Source of the DNA: a virus
Taxonomy: Duplodnaviria > Caudoviricetes
IMG/VR virus record: IMGVR_UViG_3300032075_000001
Coordinates: 1-64,000 of that record
Reading direction: 5' to 3' (one strand)
DNA: 64,000 nt
Shown: piece after piece, positions 20,501-31,694 of the stretch
Numbering within the stretch: the stretch's first letter is position 1
Layout: every line of letters begins with the position of its first letter
Made by a program: the position numbers and the translations under genes
The notes under the pieces: generated by a model
What the model saw: only the letters and a program-made list of their open reading frames with translations
Database searches by the model: none
What the model was told of the DNA's origin: nothing

Positions 20501-22794
20501 ATGGCTCACCGTCGCCGCACCTGTGGACCTCAAGCGTGCCGCTGTTTGAAAATAACGCAAGCGTTTTAGGCCACGTCTTAGCGAGCTTCCGTAAACGCGC
20601 AATCGCAGCCTTTTCCTTCGTAGTCAGATCGTCAAAATCAATCATCTGCTCCCTCTCCCTTTCGGTCCCGGCTTCGTTTTCTGTCGTGGTCTGTCCCAGT
20701 ACGGTGAATTGCAACTTGCACAGGTGCGTGGCTTCTCGGTTGCACGCGGCCACCAGCGATGACCACAGCGAAGGCAAAGTAGCTGCTTTAACGTTTGGGC
20801 CATAACTACGCCGCCGCCTCGTATAGAACATCCGACTCTAACGGAACCCGCCAGACGTACACGTGATCGCGCGGGCTAAATGTCAGCTTCTTCGCATCGG
20901 CAATGGGCCATACTCCTTCGACTGCCTTGCGCGGTGACAGCTTGCGATAGCTCATAGCGGCCACGTCCGGTTCTGCTCGGAACCATTCGTCAACTTTCAA
21001 ATCGACAAACTCGACAACGACTAGCCGTTTTCTACTTTCCTCAATGTCTCTTTTTATTTCCCGTTCAAGCTCTTGCGCAAAGCCCCATGAACCAAACATC
21101 TTCGCAGTCGCTGCAAGCGTGGCCCGACTGGCGATATTGGACATGGTAGACGAGGACGTTTCGCCTTGATGTGCCCACGAGATAACATAGCCTTTATACC
21201 GTTCGCAGAATTGCTCGAAAGCGGGCAGGACGTCTTCCAATGTCGCCGCTTTAGACAGAGAGTAGCTGGCTTCAATCAGCACGGTCAGCGTCGTTTGATC
21301 TTCGATAAGTCCCTCACCACGCCATGAAATTCCATCCGTCGGATCGACAGCGATTCGGGCAACAGCATCTGCGATGGATTCACGCAGCTTGGTATCCATT
21401 CCGTCCATCCGTGTATATGTCTGTTTCAACACATCAGCGAACGGTCGTTCAGGGCTTAGTGTTTTGTCGAGTCTGTATGGTTCGTTATGTAACATCTTCG
21501 TTGTCCTCCTTAAAGTCGAAGGTAGTTATACTCTCTATATATCGACTTGTCAATAGGGTAAAGCGAAATAGTGAGAATTTATTTATGCACAGCCTGATTC
21601 ACTCTCTTACCCCTCCCGGCGCAGGGTGGTGAGAGCGGCGTCGATCTGTTTGACGATCTCTGCCAGTCCTTGTCGCGCCGTATCGAGATATTGAGCGCCT
21701 ATGAACACTTGCGCATTGTTACGAGCTTGGATGAGAGCGTCCTCAAGTCGCGGCACGGCAGCGTGGTCAGCGATGATTTGCGCGGCGATTTCCGGCTTAA
21801 CCAGCAACACGCCGATAGTCTGATTATTTTGAATTAAGTGATAATAATCAGAGGCAGTCTCATTCGCGACTACCGACCACTCCCCGGTCTCCGGCGCGGG
21901 TTGCGTGCGTTGTGACTTGAGATACTGTTCAGCTTCGTACTCGATAGCCTTCGCGGCTTCTTCCGCGCTCCAATCGCCACCGACGCCATCTGATCCATTT
22001 TGCATAATTCCGTAGAGATATTCAGTCAAGGTCTTAGTCATCACCTGATCCTCTTTCCAAGTTGCGGTCTGATGAGTTGAGTTAGCCCCAACAGTCACAT
22101 TCGTATTCGTAGACGCCCTCTGTCTCCGGCAATTCACACAACGGGCAGACGTAGACGTTGCTCGGGTATATCGCAGGTTTGAACCAGCGTTCAGTTTCCC
22201 GGCGCTCCGGGTTATCGCGCTCATAGTCAGTGTTCACGATCATCCTTCCCCGTCCTTTCGTGGCTGGGTGCGCAGGTATAGCTCTCCGCTATTCACTAAA
22301 CTTGCATCAATCACCTTCCGTAGCTCTCGTAACGCTGCCCGCGCAACATGTTTAGTTTTCTCAATCGCGGCCTGCGGCGTCTTACCAGACTCAGCCCACT
22401 TACCGCCAGCACTACCCGGCTCGCCGAGGAACGCAGTGTAGTGAACGTCTCCGTCTGCGTATTCATGCGCATGGACCTTCCAGTAACCGCTCGCGTCGAT
22501 GGCGCAGTAATACCAGCCCATGTTCTCCCAGATGCGCGGCTTCCAGTTCGGGCCAAGCTGCTCAGCCAGTGCCTTGCCTTTGAAACACGCGGCATCATAG
22601 GCCGCGATAGTGCAATTCGCGCCGCACCACGGCGAGCAGTAGAACGGCCCGCGCCTTACTGGCCCTTTGCTATACAGTTCATCGATTTCAGCTTCGCGGC
22701 CGTTAAAGCTCTTTGCTGTTGTCGGCATCGTTTTTCTCCACTCTGATTCGCTCCGCCTCCTCCCGCACTGCTTCCAGCAGCCTCGACGTCTCAT
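17524..22794 (-). CDS. Early accessory cluster of about 15 small hypothetical genes (e.g. 17524-17808, 17968-18384, 18816-19106, 19537-19956, 20806-21495, 22240-22794)
   Basis: Contiguous minus-strand ORFs with SD sites and overlapping stop/starts. Confidence 0.6.
21525..21553 (-). promoter_or_regulatory. sigma70-type promoter
   Basis: TTGACA-17-TATAAC followed by SD AAGGAGG and ORF 20806-21495. Confidence 0.85.
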
Positions 22795-22859
22795 GCCACT
22801 CGCAGCAACCGGGGCAGTAGAAGCGTTGGGCGCGGGGTTGAGTGGGCGTAGTCCGATGC

Positions 22860-23555
22860 TCAGTCATGCGACTCCTTTTCCGATGCGGTCGTCCAGTCCT
22901 TCGCCTCGATTACGTCATTCATCGGCATTGCCACAACGGTCATGTGCTGCCCTGTATCCCAGTTCCGCGCGTCAAACCGTACAGGAGTGAAAGAACGATC
23001 TGGCTTGTCGTGTTCAGACTTATACACGCGCATCGTGACGGATTTGGTTCTATCCGGCCCGAACGCAGCCATTGCTTTCAATGCTGGCAGTAATAGATTC
23101 AAATCGAGTGTTGCTACTGCCACGGGCTCGCCGTCAGGGATAGCTTTCTCCCACTTTGGAAACTGTTTCGAGGGTGGCTGTGGCGACTCGTCAACCTTGA
23201 ATACCGTCTTAGTCTCAAGGTCGGTAGTAGCGATAACTTTCGACTGCCCGTCACCGTTGACGCCGATAAGTGCATGGTTCAATGCTGGCAGTTGGCGTTC
23301 ATTCGGAATCGCCTTAACGATGGCAGCGGCTTGTGCGGCAGGAATCAGAAATGGTTCAAACTCAGCAAGTGGCGTAACGTTGTCAATGAGTGGAAAATTC
23401 TCGTTCTCGGTTTCAGTGTTCGACACGAGCGCGAGCACGTGCCCGTCACAGGCCACGGTTTTATCCCGATGGATCTGAACAGTTGCCAGACTGAAACGGG
23501 TATCTTCTGATTTGGCTACCAATGAGCCGATTGCGAAGTTCTTACGGTTATGCAT
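22860..23555 (-). CDS. DNA sliding-clamp (beta-clamp-like) protein, two-domain
   Basis: RFSLATVQI..KTVACDGHVL, QFPKWEKAIP, LDLNLL..AL patterns of DnaN domains 2-3. Confidence 0.7.
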   Translation of the reverse strand: MHNRKNFAIGSLVAKSEDTRFSLATVQIHRDKTVACDGHVLALVSNTETENENFPLIDNVTPLAEFEPFLIPAAQAAAIVKAIPNERQLPALNHALIGVNGDGQSKVIATTDLETKTVFKVDESPQPPSKQFPKWEKAIPDGEPVAVATLDLNLLLPALKAMAAFGPDRTKSVTMRVYKSEHDKPDRSFTPVRFDARNWDTGQHMTVVAMPMNDVIEAKDWTTASEKESHD

Positions 23556-23721
23556 TTGATTCTGCCTTTCGTTGAATGTTTTGTCTCGGATGTTCGCGAT
23601 CCCATGCTCGCCACCTGCAAATGTCCGAACAGAACCGTTGCAGTTTGCGGGTAGTGGTCAGCGGCGTCTTACAACTTTCGCATCTAGTCTTACGTTCCGG
23701 TTTCCTTTTGTAACGGCTCAT
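23548..23721 (-). CDS. 57-aa zinc-finger protein (not in ORF track)
   Basis: MSRYKRKPERKTRCESCKTPL...RFCSDICRWRAW. Confidence 0.7.
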   Translation of the reverse strand: MSRYKRKPERKTRCESCKTPLTTTRKLQRFCSDICRWRAWDREHPRQNIQRKAESNA

Positions 23722-23763
23722 ACTCGCTCAACTTTCCGTTGCTACGGTTTTCTGCCGTGCGAC

Positions 23764-23792
23764 AGAGTATCAGGCGTCACTTCCGTTGTCAA
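23764..23792 (-). promoter_or_regulatory. sigma70-type promoter
   Basis: TTGACA-17-TACTCT upstream of the Zn-finger/clamp genes. Confidence 0.7.
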
Positions 23793-24012
23793 CGAATATT
23801 TCAACGTCATCATTCCCTACCCCCGCACGCGGCTGAGTACTTGGCGAATCTTCTCCGTGCTGATTTGCAATCCGTCACGAACGTCAGCCGGAACATTCCG
23901 CGCTGATTGCCAGAGGCGGATTGCCTCAAGTTCGTCTCGCAGTGCCGCGACGAGCTGTGCGTAATTGTCCGCTCGCACGTATCTGACACTGTAGCCGTCC
24001 TTGGGACCGTCT

Positions 24013-24282
24013 TCATTCCTGTCGTAACTGTTCTAAGTCTGGCTCGACTTCGATTTCAACCTCTCTTGTTATTACAATTACCTCAGCACCACAATCGCGG
24101 CACTTAAGAACGTAATCATCGGATGGCCCGTTACACATACGCTCAAACAGCATGGCGTTGTATCGATTGCAGTTCGGGCATGACGGGTTATCTTCGCCGT
24201 TAAGTTTCAGATCAACTCGCTTGCCGTTGTAGTGATAGGTAATCATTTTAGTTTGTCTCCGTAAGAAGCACTCTACTATCAT
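24013..24282 (-). CDS. Zn-ribbon hypothetical protein
   Basis: CPNC...CRDC; true start probably the second Met. Confidence 0.55.
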   Translation of the reverse strand: MIVECFLRRQTKMITYHYNGKRVDLKLNGEDNPSCPNCNRYNAMLFERMCNGPSDDYVLKCRDCGAEVIVITREVEIEVEPDLEQLRQE

Positions 24283-24374
24283 TGTCTAGCGTTGTCAAGC
24301 ACAATCTCAATTATTTCATTGTTCAAATTGACCGCGAATAAATGCTTGACATAGATTGACGGCTAGTGTAGTCT
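24270..24374. promoter_or_regulatory. Divergent promoter pair at a major strand switch
   Basis: Minus TTGACA-17-TAGAGT (24298-24270); plus TTGACA-17-TAGTCT (24346-24374). Confidence 0.75.
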
Positions 24375-24384
24375 GTCCTTCGAC

Positions 24385-24546
24385 ATGGCGACAACCACTA
24401 AAGACAAAATGTTATTCGCCCGCGTGGAAGAGGCTTTAATCCGACGACTTAAGCGGGTAGCGAAACAGATCGACCGCCCGCCTTCATGGGTGGTGCGGGA
24501 AGCGGTCAAGGCTGAGTTGGATAGGATTGAAGGGAAGGTTAAGTAA
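24385..24546 (+). CDS. Ribbon-helix-helix (CopG/Arc-like) regulator, 53 aa (not in ORF track)
   Basis: MATTTKDKMLFARVEEALIRRLKRVAKQIDRPPSWVVREAVKAEL. Confidence 0.85.
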   Translation: MATTTKDKMLFARVEEALIRRLKRVAKQIDRPPSWVVREAVKAELDRIEGKVK

Positions 24547-24663
24547 TGTGCAAACACTGTAAACTTGAACGAGCACTGAATTACGCGCAGGGATTGTGCT
24601 GGTTTTGTTACTGGAATGGATTAGCACGACTCGCGCGCAGACCGAAGCGAAAGGGGTGAGGGA

Positions 24664-25887
24664 ATGGGCGCAACGGCGATTATGAAGCGAGTGATTCACA
24701 GGCCAACCGGAATTTGGTACTGGCTCGAAGTCAAGTTTAGTTGGAACGTGAAGTATTATTCCTTTGACGGCGGCGAGACTTGGCACAAGTCAAAAGTGAC
24801 GGCTTTTATAAAGGCGCAGGGAAGCAATAGACTGCAATCCTGCGACTAACCAACCAACCCACGGGAGGGAGTATGAGTGAGACGAAGATGACAGCGATTG
24901 AAACAATGATTCTCAGGACCGCGCGCTCAAGACCTGATCAGTGGCTGGATCATCATCGTCATTATCTCGGCGAGGTACTAGCCTTGCAATGTAAGGGATT
25001 AGTGACTACACGCATTGACGGTGATCGGTTACAGGTGCGTGCAACCACCACCAACGCGGAGTTGAGTTGATGCGAGTGAGAGAACATGAGTACGAAACAA
25101 GGTAACAAGCTACCAGCAAGAGAGTCGGCCTATTGCCCTACTTGCCGGATTCATTCATCGCAGTCGAGGACGGAGAGGCGCGGTGTACGATACTGCGGCG
25201 TATGTGGCAATGAGTTCACATTGGTTGAGTCGCGGTCAGCCTTAGCGATGCAAATGGAATCCGAAATCACGACAACAAAGGATCTAACCCCATGCAACGT
25301 CTAACCTTATCCGACTACACCCTAACCATTCTCCTCATCCTCGCGCTCTCTTTCGGTGTCTACTACGGGTTGCAATCGTGGTTGACGAGGGTAAGTGAGG
25401 AGACGAGTGGGCGGATTGAGCGAGCAGGGAGGATCTATCAGTGATCTCTTTCGTTACCTTTCTTTTGGCGGTTACAGCTCTCGTTGGCGTAATCCGCTCC
25501 CAGTCTATTATGCCGCAGGTGATATTCTCGTTCTGGGCGGTGCTGCTGACAGTCGTTACCGTGATAATTGCGACTGATGCGACTACGGAAGAACGACCTG
25601 AGACGACTGAGACAACTGCGCGGATGGGGGTTGACTACTGAGGACTACTAGTGATCACAGATCGTCATCATCCGAAACTCAAACAGGTACGCCGTCACGG
25701 CTGCCTGAAGTGTCGCAATCCACGTTGCGATCAACGTCATTGTCCCTTGTGTACGGAGTGCTCGACTTCACGTAAAGGGTACACCGTTCCAATGCCAGCC
25801 TGTCGGATTGTTAAACCCTACCAAACAATAACAACACTAGCGGGAATCCACCTGTTTAACCCGCGATTAACGCTACCTCTAGTCTAA
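24664..25887 (+). CDS. Small hypothetical genes, some membrane or Cys-rich (24664-24849, 24873-25070, 25086-25304, 25441-25641, 25651-25887)
   Basis: Short plus-strand ORFs with SD sites. Confidence 0.5.
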
Positions 25888-25917
25888 TGAAACAAAGTTG
25901 TGTAAACTCTTGTTGCG

Positions 25918-26442
25918 ATGAGTACTTCTTACGTTTCCGATTACACGCGTCATCAGCAACAGAAAATCGTCTGGGATAAGACTCGCTCCAGAGCCGCGTC
26001 TTTACTGGCTTTAGGCTATAATAAGCAGTATGTCGCGGATGACGTAGGGGTTTGCCGGGCAACTATTTACAACTGGTTAGACGATCCTGAATTTTGCCTG
26101 GAAGTAGATCGGTTATCTGTAATGCTGGACGTTTCCTCACGTGCCGAACGCATGCGTCATGTAATGCGGGTCATTCGTTCGCTGATGGATGAGAACGGCG
26201 TCCTTTGTACTGAGAAAGATCCACTAGACTGGTTGAAGTATGCGCAAAGTGAAACAGACGGAGCGAAGATTGATCTGAGTAAGTTAGCTGAACTACTCAC
26301 AGGAGAGCATAGTGTGCAAGTGGGAGAGAGTGAGCAGCGGCAGTTGAGTCCGGCGATTGATGTTAGCGCAACCAGTGGTAGTAGCGAGGAGTTGTCGGCA
26401 CAAGGGGAAGTAGTCGATGAAGACGCGCTCAATCCTTCGTAA
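25918..26442 (+). CDS. Putative terminase small subunit (N-terminal HTH)
   Basis: AASLLALGYNKQYVADDVGVCRATIYNWLDDPEF; helical middle; acidic tail. Confidence 0.6.
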   Translation: MSTSYVSDYTRHQQQKIVWDKTRSRAASLLALGYNKQYVADDVGVCRATIYNWLDDPEFCLEVDRLSVMLDVSSRAERMRHVMRVIRSLMDENGVLCTEKDPLDWLKYAQSETDGAKIDLSKLAELLTGEHSVQVGESEQRQLSPAIDVSATSGSSEELSAQGEVVDEDALNPS

Positions 26443-26609
26443 CGGAGCAGAAGCAATATGAATTCGAGCTTATTTGCGCTGATTTTCCTGTGTGCTATAT
26501 ACGCTGGAGGAGTAGGTGGCGTAGCATGGTTGGCTTACCGTGTGTACCAGAACTCGCGCCCTCGTTATTAACCGCCCTACTCTCAGTAGCAGACATAGAC
26601 CACAACTAA

Positions 26610-26698
26610 TGCTGGCGGAAGGACTCGAACCTTCATCACGCCCTAATCCGGGGCTTACGGATTATAAGTCCGCCGCACTGCCATTGTGCTACGCCAGC
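26610..26698 (-). tRNA. tRNA-Ile(UAU) with an atypical 22-nt variable arm
   Basis: GCTGGCG/CGCCAGC acceptor, GCAC/GTGC D stem, GCGGA-CTTATAA-TCCGT anticodon arm, GAAGG-TTCGAGT-CCTTC T arm; no encoded CCA. Confidence 0.85.
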
Positions 26699-26784
26699 GT
26701 AATCCCTCAACAACCCACTTAGACCACTACTCACAACTGCGTATAGTCGTCACTGTCATCGTTGGGCCACGTGGTTCTAGGCTG

Positions 26785-27081
26785 TCATAGATCCAGCCAT
26801 CGCAAAAAGAAATACATTAACCCAAACGAGATAGGGGGTATTAGTATTGTAGGTAGTATCGCAACACTGGGCCAACCACTACGCGCCGCAACTGACAACG
26901 CCAGTAGAAGCATCATAAAAGCAAATCCCCCGGCGAAGACTGCGGTAGTTTTACGATCATTATCACCTTTCACCGTCCCGCGATCATGTCTCTGACTGCG
27001 CCCGTACCTGCTCACGTGGCGTAGTCGATTGTCGTCGTCGTTATCATCGTCTGAATCGATCATCATCATCATCACTCTCAC
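26785..27081 (-). CDS. Small two-TM membrane protein with Met/Asp-rich N-terminus
   Basis: Two hydrophobic segments; (CAT)n and (GTC)n runs. Confidence 0.4.
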   Translation of the reverse strand: MRVMMMMIDSDDDNDDDNRLRHVSRYGRSQRHDRGTVKGDNDRKTTAVFAGGFAFMMLLLALSVAARSGWPSVAILPTILIPPISFGLMYFFLRWLDL

Positions 27082-27178
27082 ACCTCAAATCTAAAAGTGT
27101 TGGGGGAGCTGGAGGGGTGGGGTCACACCCTCGTGTAAATTTTCCCCTTCTCGACTTATACAACATCTTGTTACCTGC

Positions 27179-27787
27179 TCATCTCGACGGATTATTCCGT
27201 GCGTACTCGATAGCTTCTTCCAGTGTTTGGATTACTCGCATCGGCGGCAATCGGGATGGCTCCTCCGACGCAATCCCTTGCAGGGAGTTAGTCTGCGATG
27301 GACTAGTACCACCTCCACCTGCCAGCGTTGCATCTGCCTGCCGAGCGAAAGACAGCCGCTCTGCCAGTTTTGGAATAAAGGGTCGCTGTTGCTGTTCGCA
27401 GACTCCGCGCTCATTGTTACAAACTGAACAAGCTAATACGTGCAGCACGCCTTTCTGTTCCCGATAGCGATTCGCTCTTTCAGGGTGGAGACGTGAATAA
27501 AGATGGTCTACGGTAGTTTGTAAGGGATTTCCCACTGCGCCGTAGAGAGTTTTTTGTCCGCACCAGAAGCAATGCGGATCAGCGTGAAATAGCCGCAGTC
27601 GCATCTTTAAGATCTTCTCGCGCGATTCTTCTTTTGCGATGCGACGTGGAGGCGGGTGTAATGGTTGCGGCAGATAGTTACGACTCGGAATCATCCATTC
27701 CGGCAGGCGGCGCTTACCTGCTTCGATCTCGCAATACTCCTCCCATGATTGCGGTCTGACCTGTCCCTCGTTGTCGAGCCATGTCAT
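27179..27787 (-). CDS. HNH endonuclease
   Basis: CFWCG...TVDHL...VLACSVCNNERG. Confidence 0.85.
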   Translation of the reverse strand: MTWLDNEGQVRPQSWEEYCEIEAGKRRLPEWMIPSRNYLPQPLHPPPRRIAKEESREKILKMRLRLFHADPHCFWCGQKTLYGAVGNPLQTTVDHLYSRLHPERANRYREQKGVLHVLACSVCNNERGVCEQQQRPFIPKLAERLSFARQADATLAGGGGTSPSQTNSLQGIASEEPSRLPPMRVIQTLEEAIEYARNNPSR

Positions 27788-27793
27788 CGCGAT

Positions 27794-30700
27794 TTAGCCT
27801 TTCCGAAGGCAATCCTCCACATCCCGCAGTGTATCACCGAGCGTGAACTCCTTCACCTCGCAGTGCTCCCAGCCTAGATCTGTTCGACGCGCTTCAGCCA
27901 GCACTGGACTTGGGTAGTAGAGAAAGTCGCCACTGCCGTTACGTGCCCAGCCCGGCTGCTGATTCGGCGGACTTACCCAGATGCCCCAGTAGCGCAATGG
28001 TTCCGACATGGAGACTGGCCCTGCGACGATAGTGATATTGTACAGTCCACGCTCCTGGAGTCGCTCCTGCATTCGACTGAGATCTTCTGTGGCGATGTCA
28101 GCGCACTCGATCGCCAGCACGTAGCGTTTAGTAGAGTCGATTTCATGTAGCTTCATATCAGTCTTTCTGGTCGCCCAGCCATTCGCGGTAGTTATTGTTA
28201 TTCCGCGGTCCCCGGCAGTACTCACATACCGTGCGGATAACTCCGGTAGAAACGACCTGAATTATCGATAAAGATTCAGTAGCACCGCACATATTGCAGT
28301 GACCGGGCTCGAACAGGGACTCGCCGGAGGGCTGCTCTGGCGGCGGGGGTAAGAGCGCCCAATGCGTAGGTTCTCGTCCCAGTTTTGTGCCAATCCAGAC
28401 ATTACCCAACATTCTGGCGCTACAGATATTCCCGTAGCGATCCGCGGTCAGTAGCGGCGTATCCTTGGGCGGGTTGCTACCGCGTAACGGAATCCATTCA
28501 TTGAACATGTGAGTTACCTTTCGGGCGTTGAATTTACCTAAGCTACAAACTCGGCATCACGCCATACATCCCCGCCACGTAGAAGCTCTCGGCGTGAGCT
28601 TGCGCCATGATGTCAGCACAGGAGGCGCAGTAGGACTTCCCTTGAACTTGATGCAGGTATGAGCTTGAGTTACGTGTTGGACCACAACGCCTACAGTAAG
28701 CTAGATCGCTCGTGACGAAGCAACCGCCATGCTTATGCATTCGTTGGTTGACGCGACAGCCGCCGCAGTTGTCGTCGTGATCGATCATCTCAATTCCTCG
28801 CCTCTCCCGGTTCCCGTCCCTCTTCCAGCACCGCTCGCCGAACCAGTTCACGACGTTGCGGCAACTCGGCCAGTTCGGACTCAAGATCCAGCCTGTGCGC
28901 TTCGCTCTCCCATAGGTCCATCAGTGCCATGTAGTAAGGGAGTCGATTTGCGGGCGTCCCTAACTCCTGCCAGCAGTCTTCGCAAAGCGGGAAGCATGAA
29001 CTACCCGATCTGTATGACGTGTCATGCGACCGAACCACGGGCCACGGAAACTCGCAGCGACCACAGAAGCTGAAGTTAGGATAAAGAGCTTGCAGATACG
29101 AGGACACGGATAACCGCTCTCGACATAACCGAGTGTTGACCTTATCCAACTTGCCGTGTGCTGTTTCGTTCAATTGCGTGCTCCTCACTGCTATCGCTCG
29201 GGATCGTATTGATCCGCATGTATTCGCGCCTCGTGTTCCGTATCGAATTTTACGGACCAGCGTGTGATCGATGCTGTCGTTATGGGTTCCCATTCTGATC
29301 CGTTCCAGTAATGCGCGCCGGGAAACATGCCTTCGTTCTCGTCCCATGTAGAATAAGTAGGATACCAGCCTGTTTCAGTTGGTGTGTCAGTTGTTAGTTG
29401 TTGTTGCATTCTTTCTCCGCCGCCTGTGCCCACAACTTCACACTCATCCTCGCCGTCTCATCATCCAACTCACGAAACATCTCAATGAGCACGCTCGCCA
29501 ACCTCGGCTCGTACCCATCCAGCACGAGATGGATGATTGTCGGGTAGTCGAGCAGGAGATTGAGAGCGTCGTCTGGAGTGATCATTTGGCTGACTCCATA
29601 GCCTGTTGTTCTCGCAGCGCCTTGCGCCAGTCGCCTCTGCTGAGCCCGCTCAGGTCTAGGCGATTCTTCGTTACGCGCTGGCCGATATTGTAGGGCGCGA
29701 ATGGGTAGCCGCTTTTGTGAATGCGCCAGAACTCGTCCGAGGGTAAGTCGTTCCCGTAAAAGTAACAATGGACACACAAGCCGGAATCGAACGGATCTAC
29801 ATCGAATGGCTTCCGACACCTCGGACAGCGATGCCAGCCCTGCGCTTCTCCGGTGGTAATCCAGCGTCCGTCAGATTTGGCAATCAGGTGAATAAACCGT
29901 CCCGACGAATCCTTGAACGCTGTCCACGCATGTCCGGCTCTCGGCCTACTCATAAGTACGGCCCACTCCACTTCTGCAACTTGCCCTTATCCACCGTGCG
30001 CCAGTAGTCCTCCAAATTCACCCCGCCACTCGCAGGCCATGCGAACTCTCGCCACTCGGGCATGGGTGGGAGTACATCCGGCAATCCCGCATCCTCCCAC
30101 GCAATGAGTTGACGAATGATCGGCGCAGCGGGGAGTTTGTACGCGGCTTCCACTGCGTAGAGGAGACGAAGTTCGTTTTGCAGTCGCGTGCTCACCGTGA
30201 CGATTTCACCTCCACGATCTTATTCTCCTCACCCAACGCACAAGCCCAGCAAATCCCCTGTTCACCACATTCGTCTATGTACCGCTCGATCGCCGCTCCC
30301 GCTCCCACTCGCCCCGTCCCCGGACAATGGTTCTCCTCGATGTCGAACACGGCGTCATAGCTCGGATCGTCCGGCACTTCGACTGGGATGATGAAGGTGC
30401 AGCGGACGTGGATGGTTCTAGTTTTGGGATCGTTTTTCGTCTCGATCAATCCGTTTCCCATGATGGTAATTCCTGCATGGTCAGTGCTTCCAGTAGCGCG
30501 GCTAGCTTGATGACCCCCTGCGTTGTTAGGCTTACGTGCACCAGCCACTCGGCGCTTTTATTATGATGGCTCTCGTAAACACATACCATACGTTTACCGA
30601 ATAGCGCGTTTAGTTTACCGCGATGTGCCTCTTTTTCTTGGCGGGCCAGTGTTTCCCGTTCGGCCTCTTGCTTCCGCTGCTCTTGTGCCGCATCGTACTC

Positions 30701-30985
30701 GGCGCATTGAGATTTGGTTGCAATGGCTTGGATCTCTGAGCCGTACCACCCGCTGTAACCAATCTTGCGATAATGCGGCTGCTTATCGTATCGAGATAGC
30801 TTGCCGCGATAGAATCGCGCGCCGTCCTTCCCCCACGGCCAGTCTGTTACGACCTGCTTAGGCGTTAACCTGACTACCGTGCAAATGATTTGTTTTCGGT
30901 CGTAATCAACCCAAACACGGTCGCCTTCTTTGATGTTTTTTAGGTTAGCTCTTCTCATTCTCGCCCTACTATTGACTCCTAACAA
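27794..30985 (-). CDS. Accessory cluster of about 10 small hypothetical genes, including DUF551-like ORFs (28158-28508, 29191-29433)
   Basis: Contiguous minus-strand ORFs; WIP...PP and PTETGWY motifs. Confidence 0.55.
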
Positions 30986-31010
30986 TATCTTGTGCGATGA
31001 TGGATGTCAA
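30972..31010. promoter_or_regulatory. Overlapping divergent promoters with an NrdR-box-like site
   Basis: Minus TTGACA-17-TATTGT (31010-30982); plus TTGACT-18-GATGAT; CAATATCTTGTG at 30983-30994. Confidence 0.7.
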
Positions 31011-31019
31011 GGAGGAATT

Positions 31020-31694
31020 ATGGACAACGCACTAGACCGCGACACTGCTGGTAGTATTGCTCACAACGCAAGTGCTATCGTTAAACTGCAAGGTGAGATT
31101 GCCAATGCTGCTGATCTGATCAGGGTGTTGGATTCACTACCGCTAGGCGAGGCAACTATAACGGTTTCTACTTTCGTTCGACAGGAACCTTACTCTTGCG
31201 CCATTTCAAACGCCTCGGCGATTTGCTTACTACGCGAGTCGATTGAGATGAAGCAGCAATACATTAAGACTCTCAGTGACTGGCTGCGATCTGCGTTGAA
31301 CGAATAGCAGCGCACATACCCGTCAAGTTCTATTGTATACTGCGCGACGATGGACACCGTTCCTGAATATCCCTTCGACCTTTTGTCGAGAATCCGTGAG
31401 CGAATCGTTAAAGACGTTGACGCGAATGGTAGAACTTATCGCTGCTCGTCTGAACTTTCAACCGCGTTTGCCGGATGGAGCCACGAGCAGATTGATGAAT
31501 GGGCCATTGAGCACGGTTTGGTAATCATCGCTCAACCCGATCGTCGAATTGTAATCATGCGCGTTACGCCGGATAGCTTAGCGCCGTTGATAGCCATCGT
31601 CGGGAAAACTGAGGCGCTTGAGCTTCAACAGTTTGCGCGTGAGCGCGTACGTGCAGAAGTAGACGCGATGGACTGGTCGGACATTATCGAATGA
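31020..31694 (+). CDS. Two hypothetical genes upstream of TerL (31020-31307, 31350-31694)
   Basis: SD AAGGAGG before ATG 31020; second ORF overlaps the TerL start. Confidence 0.6.

Noticed and set aside
27030-27075. (GTC)n/(CAT)n microsatellite as a phase-variation site
   Set aside because: Triplet units keep the frame and are explained by a Met/Asp-rich ORF.
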